Below are positions 20,234-29,447 of a stretch of 29,447 nucleotides of DNA, piece by piece (position 1 is the first letter of the stretch; every line of letters starts with the position of its first letter). This DNA is from Meiothermus sp. (GTDB lineage: Bacteria; Deinococcota; Deinococci; Deinococcales; Thermaceae): contig JANRLD010000068.1 in assembly GCA_033762915.1 (NCBI GenBank), forward strand, positions 1 to 29,447. Direction: 5' to 3'. The notes beneath the pieces were generated by a model. The model had not been told where the DNA came from and ran no database searches. It was given only the letters and a program-made list of their open reading frames with translations. The position numbers were made by a program, and so were the translations under genes.

Positions 20234-21916
20234 TCAACCTACAACGCTCGGCTCGAGACGCCCTGGTCTGCCGATGAAGAACCCGTAAGGCGCCAACCTC
20301 AGCACGACGTCACCCTCGGGAGGAGGCCCATACACCGCCTCGAGCCCTGGCGGAAGCTGGAACGCCTGCGCCCGGCCCGACATGTTGAACACCAGCAGCA
20401 TCCGCTCGCCTTCCCACTCCCGCCAAAAGCCCAACAGCGCCCCAGTGTCGGCCAGCACCCGCATGCGGCCCCGGCTCAGGGCCGGGTGAGTCCTGCGCAA
20501 CACCACCAAGCCGCGGAAGAAGGTCAGCATCGAGTCGGGCTGCTCGCGCTGATCCTCGACGTTGACACCCTCGGCGTGGTCGGGGTTGACCGGCAGCCAG
20601 GTCTCCACCCCCGCCACCGAGAACCCCGCGTTGGGGGCGTTGCTCCACTGCATGGGGGTGCGGCAACCGTCGCGGCCCATGTACTGGGCCGCCACCTCGA
20701 GTGCCTCCGGATGCCCCGCCCCGTAGCGCTCACGCAGGATGCGGTAGAACCGGGTTCCAAAGGTGTCGCGCATGGCCTCCAGGGTCTCGGGGGAGCGCTG
20801 GCGCATCCCAATCTCCTCGCCGTAGTAGAAGACTGGGGTGCCGCGCAAAAACATGGTCACCGCCAGGGCCAGCCGGGCCCGCAGATCGTCGTGCATTCCG
20901 TCGCCGCAAAAGGTGTAGGAGCGGCGGCGGTCGTGGTTGCCGACGGTGTTGGACTCCCAGGCCCCCTCGGGCACTCGGGGCAGACGGTCGGTCAGCACCT
21001 TGCGGTAGTGGGCCGCGTCCAGACGCTCAATCAGCTCGAAGTTGAACACGCTGTGCAACTCGTCGTGGCCCCGACCGTAAAAGCTCACATCCTCGGTCTC
21101 ACCCAGTAGAACGCAGTCCGGGTACTCATCCGCTAGAGCCCGCATCTCCCGGAGCGTGGCGTGAATTTCGGGCTGGTTCATCTGGTGGCGGGTCTTGGCC
21201 TGTAGGGTCTGCCAGTCCTCGAAGACCCCTCGGCGGGCCTTGATGAACATGGCCTCGAGCGAGCCTGGGGTGTCGCTGTCGGCCAGGTCCTTGGCCTCGA
21301 ACAGCGAGCCAATGGCGTCCAGCCGAAAGCCGTCTACCCCGCGCTCGAGCCAGAAGCGCATCGCCGCAAAGATGGCCTCCTTTACCGCCGGGTTACGCCA
21401 GTTGAGGTCGGGCTGCTCGGGGAAGAAAAAGTGGTAGTAGTACTGCCCCGTCTGGGGGTCGAGGGTCCAGGCCGAGCCGCCGAAAATCGACTCCCAGTCG
21501 TTGGGCGGCCCGCCGTTTTTCCCCTCGCGCCAGATGTACCAGTCGCGGTAGGGGTTCTCGAGGCCCGACCGGGAAGCCCGAAACCAGGCGTGCTGGTCGG
21601 AGGTGTGGTTGAGCACCAAATCCAGCAGGACGCGAATACCCCGCCCGTGCGCGGCCTCGATGAGTTGCTGGACGTCTTCCAGCGTGCCGTACTCGGGGTC
21701 AACCGCGGTGTAGTCGGAGATGTCGTAGCCCCAGTCCACCTGGGCCGAGGGGTAGAAGGGCGAGACCCACAGCGCGGTCACTCCCAGCCACTGAAGGTAA
21801 TCGAGCTTCCCAATAACGCCACCGATGTCCCCGATGCCGTCGCGGTTGGAATCGGCGAAAGAGCGGGGGTAGACCTGGTAACACACCGCCTCCTGCCACC
21901 ACTGGGGTACCGCCAT
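20234..21916 (-). CDS. GH13 alpha-glucosidase / oligo-1,6-glucosidase-like
   Basis: YQVYPRSF.D, DLVLNHTSD, QPDLNW, DGFRLDA, GE, GNHD and RDGCRTPMQW motifs. Confidence 0.92.
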   Translation of the reverse strand: MAVPQWWQEAVCYQVYPRSFADSNRDGIGDIGGVIGKLDYLQWLGVTALWVSPFYPSAQVDWGYDISDYTAVDPEYGTLEDVQQLIEAAHGRGIRVLLDLVLNHTSDQHAWFRASRSGLENPYRDWYIWREGKNGGPPNDWESIFGGSAWTLDPQTGQYYYHFFFPEQPDLNWRNPAVKEAIFAAMRFWLERGVDGFRLDAIGSLFEAKDLADSDTPGSLEAMFIKARRGVFEDWQTLQAKTRHQMNQPEIHATLREMRALADEYPDCVLLGETEDVSFYGRGHDELHSVFNFELIERLDAAHYRKVLTDRLPRVPEGAWESNTVGNHDRRRSYTFCGDGMHDDLRARLALAVTMFLRGTPVFYYGEEIGMRQRSPETLEAMRDTFGTRFYRILRERYGAGHPEALEVAAQYMGRDGCRTPMQWSNAPNAGFSVAGVETWLPVNPDHAEGVNVEDQREQPDSMLTFFRGLVVLRRTHPALSRGRMRVLADTGALLGFWREWEGERMLLVFNMSGRAQAFQLPPGLEAVYGPPPEGDVVLRLAPYGFFIGRPGRLEPSVVG

Positions 21917-21980
21917 GTACGTCCTCCGTGTGTGCGGCAGACGGGCCAGACACGCCCCTCTGCCAGCCGGGTCGGTGGGT

Positions 21981-22823
21981 TCAGGGTTTGCTGGAGTACA
22001 GCACCGGGTTGATGGGGCTGGCCGCGACCTCGCCCGCCCGCAGGCCGGGCAGCCAGGTGGCCAGGTCGTTGGCCTGGTTCTCGTTCTCGGGATGGGTTAC
22101 CTGGATGTCCTCGGCCATGTAGATCACCGTCATCACCTCGCGGCGGAAAGTTTTGGAGGGGTTGGGCGGGGCCATGTGCAAAATCCATCCGCTGTGGAAG
22201 GTGGCGTCCCCGGCCTTCATCGCGCCGTAGGTTTTGACGTTCCACTGGTTGCGCCGCACGAACTCCTCGAACTCCTGCTGCGACTTGTCGCTGATGGGCA
22301 GGTCGCCCAGATAACCGGTTACGTGCGACCCGACCGCGAAGCTGAGGGTTCCCACCTCGGCCGCGATGTCCACCAGCGGCATCCACATGGTGACGGTGCG
22401 GTCGGTGCTGAGGGGCCAGTAGTGCTGGTCCTGGTGCCACGGGGTCAGTCCGCCCCCCGGTTCTTTGTACAGGGCCTGATCGTGGTAGATGCGCACCCCC
22501 GAAACCCCCATCAGCTCCGCCGCCACCTTGGCAAAGCGCCGGGCCAGGCTGTACCGCTTTACCGCCTCGTCGCGCACCCAGAGGTTCATGGTTTGCAGGA
22601 AGGCCATCCCGTAGGTGTCGCGCTCCTCGAGCTTGCGGGTCTCGGTGTTGAAGCGGGCCACTGCCTCGTTGATGTGGGGGCGGTAGGCGGCAATTTCATC
22701 CGCCGAGGCCAAGCCGCGTACAAGGGTTACGGCATCGCGCTGGAACTCGGCGACATGCTCAGGGGTCAGCGCGTAGGTGCTCTGGAGGTCGGGCAGTTGG
22801 GCGATTCCGGGGTTCTGGGTCAT
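21981..22823 (-). CDS. PhyH-family Fe(II)/2-oxoglutarate dioxygenase
   Basis: HDQALYK, TPWHQD, GDATFH...LH.A.PN and RR motifs. ATG 22823 after GAGGAG. Confidence 0.88.
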   Translation of the reverse strand: MTQNPGIAQLPDLQSTYALTPEHVAEFQRDAVTLVRGLASADEIAAYRPHINEAVARFNTETRKLEERDTYGMAFLQTMNLWVRDEAVKRYSLARRFAKVAAELMGVSGVRIYHDQALYKEPGGGLTPWHQDQHYWPLSTDRTVTMWMPLVDIAAEVGTLSFAVGSHVTGYLGDLPISDKSQQEFEEFVRRNQWNVKTYGAMKAGDATFHSGWILHMAPPNPSKTFRREVMTVIYMAEDIQVTHPENENQANDLATWLPGLRAGEVAASPINPVLYSSKP

Positions 22824-22948
22824 GGGTTCTCCTCTCTTCGCTGGATCCGGACAGAAGTTGGCGCAACTTGCAGGTGGTGGACGCACAAGCCTTGAACGCT
22901 TGGGCGGAACATCGGTGGGGCTGGGTGGGTGTCTGCACATCAGCCTGC

Positions 22949-23560
22949 CTAGTGATCGTCATCGAAGACCTCAAAACCTGTGGCTCCCAGGAACTCCTCG
23001 GTGAGCAGGGCGCTACCGAAGCGGTTGAGTTGCAGGCGATTGGGCAGCCCCCAGTCGCCGGCCTGGGTTCCCACCAGGACCCGATCAAATGCCTTCTGGC
23101 AGGGGACGAACACCGCGAGGCTACCCTGCGCGACCAGCCAAGCCGCCTCGCGGTACCCATCGATCCGCCGGCGCAGGGAGTCGGCGGGGTCGGGCTGAAG
23201 CACGAAGGGCTCACAGAGGATCAGGCCCGCCCTGGTCCGGGCCTTCAGCTCCCGCACCAACGCCCGGTATTGTCGATCAAAGCCCTCCAGGCCGATCTCG
23301 CTTAGGGCCGCTGGGCCCAGCATGAGGATGACCCAGTCGGGCTCGAGCGAGGCCGCGCGCCCCGGGAGGGTCTCGACCAACTCCGCCAGCGTTCGCTCTC
23401 CGGGGTCGGGGCGAAAGACCTCGAGCTCCAGCCCCGCATACCGGGCCCGAATACGCGCGAGGGCCTGGGCCACAAAACCCTCTCCCGGCTCTGCGTGTCC
23501 CGCCGGGACACTATCGCCAAAGAACACCAGCCGCTGCTGATCGGAGAAAACGAACTTCAC
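22949..23560 (-). CDS. SGNH/GDSL-fold protein, apparently catalytically degenerate
   Basis: FFGDS block I and PDWVILMLG are present, but GxND is replaced by GPAA and DxxH by NRLQ. GGGAGG RBS. Confidence 0.7.
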   Translation of the reverse strand: MKFVFSDQQRLVFFGDSVPAGHAEPGEGFVAQALARIRARYAGLELEVFRPDPGERTLAELVETLPGRAASLEPDWVILMLGPAALSEIGLEGFDRQYRALVRELKARTRAGLILCEPFVLQPDPADSLRRRIDGYREAAWLVAQGSLAVFVPCQKAFDRVLVGTQAGDWGLPNRLQLNRFGSALLTEEFLGATGFEVFDDDH

Positions 23561-23590
23561 CGGGTAAACCTCCCAAAGCCTTTTGAGTTC

Positions 23591-23650
23591 ACTATAGGTC
23601 TAAACATCGGCTAGGTCTTGCTCTTTTTGACATGATTCTTCCTGTATCCT
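23591..23650. promoter_or_regulatory. Divergent promoters with a 21-bp-spaced direct repeat, probable AraC-family sites
   Basis: Minus-strand -10 TATAGT (23596-23591). TCTTGCTCT (23616) and TCTTCCTGT (23637). Plus-strand leaderless -10 TATCCT (23645-23650). Confidence 0.5.
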
Positions 23651-23656
23651 TAGGTT

Positions 23657-24535
23657 ATGCCCTCCCCCGGTTCGGCCGCTGAAAGTGTCTTTGATGACCC
23701 CAGCAGCGGTCTGCTGGGCTGGTTCGGTGAGCCCTGGGTGATCCCCCAGCTACACCGCCACAACGACGTCGAGCTAAACTTGGTGGCTGCAGGCGAGTTG
23801 CACTACCTGTTCGGCGGTCAGGTACAGGCAATCTCGGCGGGTCACCTGGCGATCTTCTGGGCGGTTACGCCGCACCGCATCATTCACACCGCACCCAAGA
23901 CCCTACTGGGAGTGATTCAAGTACCGCTGGTGGAGTTTCTCCGCTGGAAGCTGCCCCAGGCTTTGCAGGAAACCCTGCTACAAGGTCATATGGCGCTGGG
24001 TCGGGACGACGACCCCGGCTTTGACCAACGGCTGTTCGAGCGCTGGGCCAAGGACTTACAGCAGACCCCCGTCCCCGCCGTCAACCCCAACCCGCTGGAG
24101 CGCCACCGCGTGGTGCTGCTCGAGGTCGAGGCCAGGCTGCTGCGCCATGCGCGGCAAACGGCGCCACAGCCGCTCAAAGCCAAGCCGCCGCTCCGCACGC
24201 TGGGGGCGCCAATGGACAAGGCCCAGCAACTCGCGCGGCTGCTGGCCGAACGCCACAGCGAGGCCGTCCCGCTCGAGCAAATCGCCGCCGAGGTTGGCCT
24301 CAACCCCAGCTACGCCATGACCCTGTTCCGCCGTACCCTGGGCCTGACCATGTACGAATACCTCAACCAGCACCGCATCGCCCACGCCCAGCGCCTCTTG
24401 ATTACCAGCGACCTGCCCATTTTGGACGTGGCCCTGGAGGCCGGTTTTGGCAGCCTGAGTCGCTTCTACCAGGCCTTTAAGGCCTCGAGCGGCTACACCC
24501 CCAAGGCCTACCGCGCCCTTCACTTTCGCGGCTAA
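23657..24535 (+). CDS. AraC-family (MelR-like) transcriptional regulator
   Basis: N-terminal cupin (HRHNDVELN, FWA..PH) and a C-terminal double HTH (IAAEVGLNPSYAM.LF; AGFGSLSRFY..FK...G.TP..YR). Confidence 0.92.
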   Translation: MPSPGSAAESVFDDPSSGLLGWFGEPWVIPQLHRHNDVELNLVAAGELHYLFGGQVQAISAGHLAIFWAVTPHRIIHTAPKTLLGVIQVPLVEFLRWKLPQALQETLLQGHMALGRDDDPGFDQRLFERWAKDLQQTPVPAVNPNPLERHRVVLLEVEARLLRHARQTAPQPLKAKPPLRTLGAPMDKAQQLARLLAERHSEAVPLEQIAAEVGLNPSYAMTLFRRTLGLTMYEYLNQHRIAHAQRLLITSDLPILDVALEAGFGSLSRFYQAFKASSGYTPKAYRALHFRG

Positions 24536-24557
24536 AGGCGCAGCCAGAAGACATCCC

Positions 24558-24588
24558 TTGACCTTGACATTATGTCAAGGTTTAGACT
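24558..24588 (+). promoter_or_regulatory. MerR-type promoter: TTGACC-19 bp-TAGACT with a palindromic operator
   Basis: ACCTTGACAT-T-ATGTCAAGGT (24561-24581) fills the 19-bp spacer. Confidence 0.88.
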
Positions 24589-24602
24589 CAAACCATAACC
24601 TT

Positions 24603-25430
24603 ATGTCAAGCTTGCTTCCGATTGGACAGTTTGTTCAGCTCACCGGACTCTCGGCGCGGATGGTGCGGTTTTACGAGAAACTGGGGATTCTGGTGCCCAC
24701 CAAGGTCGAGCCGCACAACTCCTACCGCTATTACGATTACGAGCAGACCATGCAGGCCGAAAAAATCCGGCTACTGCGCAGCCTCGAGATGCCGCTTGAA
24801 GAGATCAAGCTGATCCTGGAAACCTCCGACCCAGGGCAGGTGCGCGCCCGGCTGGAGCAGCACCGGCAGCACATCGAAGACAAAATCGCGGGCTACCGCA
24901 AAGCCCTGGCGGCCCTCGAGATGCTGGAGAGCAGCCAGGGAACTCTGTACCCCGTCCAGATCAAGGAAGTGCCCGAGCAAACATACCTCAGTTTGCATTT
25001 CGAGACCCCGCTCTCCCAGGTGGATGCGGTGCGGGTGATGGCCCTCGAGCGGCTACAGCGCTACGCCCTCGAGCACCATCTGACCCCCGTCGGGGCCGGG
25101 TTTGCCATCCTGGGGCAGCAGGACGATAGCCCCCAAGCCCATTCGCCCGACATCCACCACTACGAGTTCGGGCTACCTCTCGGTCAGATCATCCCGGCCA
25201 GCCCGCCCATCGCGGTCAAACACCTACCCTCCCGCACCGTGGCCTCCGTCGTCCACATCGGGCCCTACGAGCCGCTCCACCTGGCCTTCCGCGAACTCAA
25301 CCTGTGGTGCCATCAGCACGGTCGGCAGCACCAGCGGGTACTCGAGATCTACCACACCGGGCCGCTCGAGACCGCCAACCCCAACAGCTACCGCACCGAG
25401 GTTCAGTACGTGCTGGGGGGAGAACGGTGA
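24603..25430 (+). CDS. MerR-family regulator with a C-terminal GyrI-like effector domain (BmrR-like)
   Basis: IGQF....GLS.R..RFYEKLGIL.P, YRYY and I..LR.L.MPLEEIK; C-terminal VH.GPYE and EIY...P.....P..YRTEV. Confidence 0.9.
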   Translation: MSSLLPIGQFVQLTGLSARMVRFYEKLGILVPTKVEPHNSYRYYDYEQTMQAEKIRLLRSLEMPLEEIKLILETSDPGQVRARLEQHRQHIEDKIAGYRKALAALEMLESSQGTLYPVQIKEVPEQTYLSLHFETPLSQVDAVRVMALERLQRYALEHHLTPVGAGFAILGQQDDSPQAHSPDIHHYEFGLPLGQIIPASPPIAVKHLPSRTVASVVHIGPYEPLHLAFRELNLWCHQHGRQHQRVLEIYHTGPLETANPNSYRTEVQYVLGGER

Positions 25431-26230
25431 GCTGGCTGGAGTACCCCAAAACCCCCGGCAGCACCGTGGTGGGCGACCTCAGGGTGCTCGGGGATTTTTA
25501 CAGCCCCCAGCTCGACAACCGCCGCGACCTGCTGGTCTGTCTGCCGCCCTCGTACAAGGCCTCGAGCCGGCGCTTCCCGGTGCTCTACATGCACGACGGG
25601 CACAACCTCTTTGACCAGGCCAGGGCGTACTCGGGCGAGTGGCAGGTAGACGAGACCCTCCAGCAGCTATCCGTGGAAGGTCTCGAAGCCATCGTGGTCG
25701 GGCTGCCCAACGCGGGCGAGAAGCGGGCTTACGAATACTGCCCCTACCCCGACGTGAGGCTGGGCGGAGGCGGGGCCGACCTGTACCTGCGCTTCATTGT
25801 GGAGACGGTCAAGCCACTCGTGGACTCGAGCTTTCGCACCCTCCCCGACCGGGCCAACACCGGGCTGATAGGCTCCTCGATGGGCGGGCTGGTCAGCATC
25901 TACGGCTTCTTCACCCACCCCGATACCTTCGGCTTCGCGGGCGTGATGAGCCCGGCGTTCTGGTGGACGGAGGGGAAGATTTTCGGCTTCCTCGAGGCCG
26001 CCCCAAAGGTCAGCGGCCGAATCTACATGGACATCGGCGGCAACGAAACCCCCGAGTTCCCCGAGCGCCGCGCCGCCTACTGGAACGATGCCCACCGCAC
26101 CGATGGGATTCTGCGGGAGAAGGGGTACACCCCGGCCGAATACCGCTTCCTGCCCGAGCTCGAGGGTACCCATCACGAGCGCGACTGGGCCCGCCGCCTG
26201 CCCGACGCGCTGCGGTTCCTGCTGAGTTGA
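25427..26230 (+). CDS. Alpha/beta-hydrolase esterase (Fes/IroE-like family)
   Basis: GTGA overlap with merR. LPPSY, PVLYMHDG.N.F, GSSMGG and H.E..WA.R motifs. Confidence 0.88.
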   Translation: MSWLEYPKTPGSTVVGDLRVLGDFYSPQLDNRRDLLVCLPPSYKASSRRFPVLYMHDGHNLFDQARAYSGEWQVDETLQQLSVEGLEAIVVGLPNAGEKRAYEYCPYPDVRLGGGGADLYLRFIVETVKPLVDSSFRTLPDRANTGLIGSSMGGLVSIYGFFTHPDTFGFAGVMSPAFWWTEGKIFGFLEAAPKVSGRIYMDIGGNETPEFPERRAAYWNDAHRTDGILREKGYTPAEYRFLPELEGTHHERDWARRLPDALRFLLS

Positions 26231-26233
26231 CCC

Positions 26234-27529
26234 ATGGACACAACGCGCCTGGTCAAGATAGAAGCGTTCCGCTCGGAGTTTCTAGACAACTCGAGGGACG
26301 TCTTTGTCTACCTGCCGCCCTCCTACGAGGCCTCGAGCCGGCGCTACCCAGTGCTCTACATGCACGACGGCAGGCACGCCTTTTTCGCCGACGAGTACGG
26401 CGACTCCTGGGAAGCCGATCGGGTGGTTGACAGTCTGGCCTCTGAAGGCCGGATGCGAGAGATCATGGTGGTGGCGGTCTCGGTAGTGAGCAGCCGGCGG
26501 GTCGCCGAGTATTTTCACCCGCACCCAGGCGCGGAAAAGGCGCTGGGGGTGGACTGCCGGGGTGACCTGTACGAGCGCTTTCTGGCCGACGAACTCAAGC
26601 CATTCATTGACAGCCAATTCCATACCTTGCCCGAACCGCAACACACGGCCCTGCTGGGGGCTTCGGCGGGCGGGGTCATCAGCTACGCCATTGGCTTCAA
26701 CCGGCCAGAGGTCTTCGGGAACCTGGGGGTGATGTCGCCGTATCTGGTGAGCACGGATCTCGAGACCCTGGCCGAAACCCCCATGGTGCAACTGCACGAA
26801 CACAAAGCCCCGCTCAAGGTCTGGCTGGACACCGGAAGCGCCGAGGGGCTGCTAATCCTGCCCCGCCACGTTAGGGATGCCGCCATCAGGCTCAAAAAGG
26901 CGGGCTTTAAGCAGGGCGAAGACTTCGCGTTTTACCTCACTCCGCAGGCCGCACACACTCAACAAGACTGGTCGGCGCGACTGCACATGCCGCTCTTGTT
27001 CTTCTTCGAGAAGATGGCACAACCCGTTCGACTCGAACTTCTCGGAGCCGATGAAATCGCCCTGACCGAGACGGACGTTTACCTGAACGCCATCAACCAC
27101 TTCGACACGGGCTTTGCGTTGAGCGACCTCGAGGCCAGCTACATCGTTGGTAACTCAGAAATCCTCGAGATCACTCCCGAAGGTCGGCTCATCCCGAAAG
27201 CCTTGGGCACCACCACGGTCACCTATCAAAAGCACGGCCTCTGTGCTACCAAAACCATCTGCGTCAATCCGAACCTGGGCCCGCTGGCGACGGTTCGCCT
27301 CGAGGTCACCGTGCCGCCCGAAACGCCCACCGATACCCGCATCTGGGCCGGGGTAGAGTTGCCAAGGCTGTCTGCGGGCAAGTACGGCGGAACCTTCCGG
27401 CTCCCCAGAGGCCTTGAGTTCGCCTTCAAGGTCTCGAGGGGCATGGGCAAGAACGAGCGCAGCCGGGGACGATACTTCAAAGTCGAGGACGGCCTGGAGT
27501 TAAGGCTCGAGGTCGAGGAATGGGAGTAA
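26234..27529 (+). CDS. Alpha/beta-hydrolase esterase with C-terminal Ig-like and CBM20-like domains
   Basis: PVLYMHDG, GASAGG and AH...W..R motifs. Then EITPEG.L.P...GTTTVT (Big_2-like) and V.VP..TP....I..G...F.LP.G..F.FK.SRG (CBM20-like). Confidence 0.8.
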   Translation: MDTTRLVKIEAFRSEFLDNSRDVFVYLPPSYEASSRRYPVLYMHDGRHAFFADEYGDSWEADRVVDSLASEGRMREIMVVAVSVVSSRRVAEYFHPHPGAEKALGVDCRGDLYERFLADELKPFIDSQFHTLPEPQHTALLGASAGGVISYAIGFNRPEVFGNLGVMSPYLVSTDLETLAETPMVQLHEHKAPLKVWLDTGSAEGLLILPRHVRDAAIRLKKAGFKQGEDFAFYLTPQAAHTQQDWSARLHMPLLFFFEKMAQPVRLELLGADEIALTETDVYLNAINHFDTGFALSDLEASYIVGNSEILEITPEGRLIPKALGTTTVTYQKHGLCATKTICVNPNLGPLATVRLEVTVPPETPTDTRIWAGVELPRLSAGKYGGTFRLPRGLEFAFKVSRGMGKNERSRGRYFKVEDGLELRLEVEEWE

Positions 27530-27539
27530 AGGAGCAAAA

Positions 27540-29279
<1,740 letters not shown>

Positions 29280-29447
29280 TTAGCGCCAGTTCGGAGTTAG
29301 GTGAAGAGCTGAAAAAGCTGTTCCCAACGCAAGGAGAGTTTCTTGGGCACATAGTAATGTACATGTGCATATCACGCATGTTCTCCGGGCGGCTCGAGGG
29401 TAGCCGCAAAGACACCCGACACCAGAACACCCTACCCGCGCCCGCCT

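Noticed and set aside
29350..29382. Short dyads (ATGTACAT, CATGTG) after the GH13 gene as an operator
   Set aside because: Too short, and the downstream gene is outside the window, so it cannot be supported.

Overview
GC-rich bacterial chromosome, probably Thermaceae such as Meiothermus/Calidithermus (inferred from leaderless TANNNT-6/7nt-ATG promoters, heavy CTCGAG use and gene content). Bases 1-~7395 are one end of a prophage. It carries the end of a structural gene, an M15 endolysin with three candidate lysis genes, a three-gene fibre module with 19 tandem 23-aa His repeats, and a leftward three-gene operon. That operon has a near-consensus sigma70 promoter, an inverted-repeat operator and a terminal RHH-like regulator, an acr-aca-like layout. 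The prophage ends at an att-like dyad (7385-7404) inside the N-terminal part of a PilB/GspE ATPase gene, so the phage appears to have split a pilus/secretion ATPase gene. The rest is host DNA: a DUF3445 protein, a secreted protein, proC, an SDR, a malEFG-type ABC transporter with a structured malF leader, a GH38/GH13/PhyH/degenerate-SGNH cluster next to an AraC regulator, and a MerR(BmrR-like)-esterase-esterase-GH13 operon. All family assignments come from motif recognition by eye; no searches were run.
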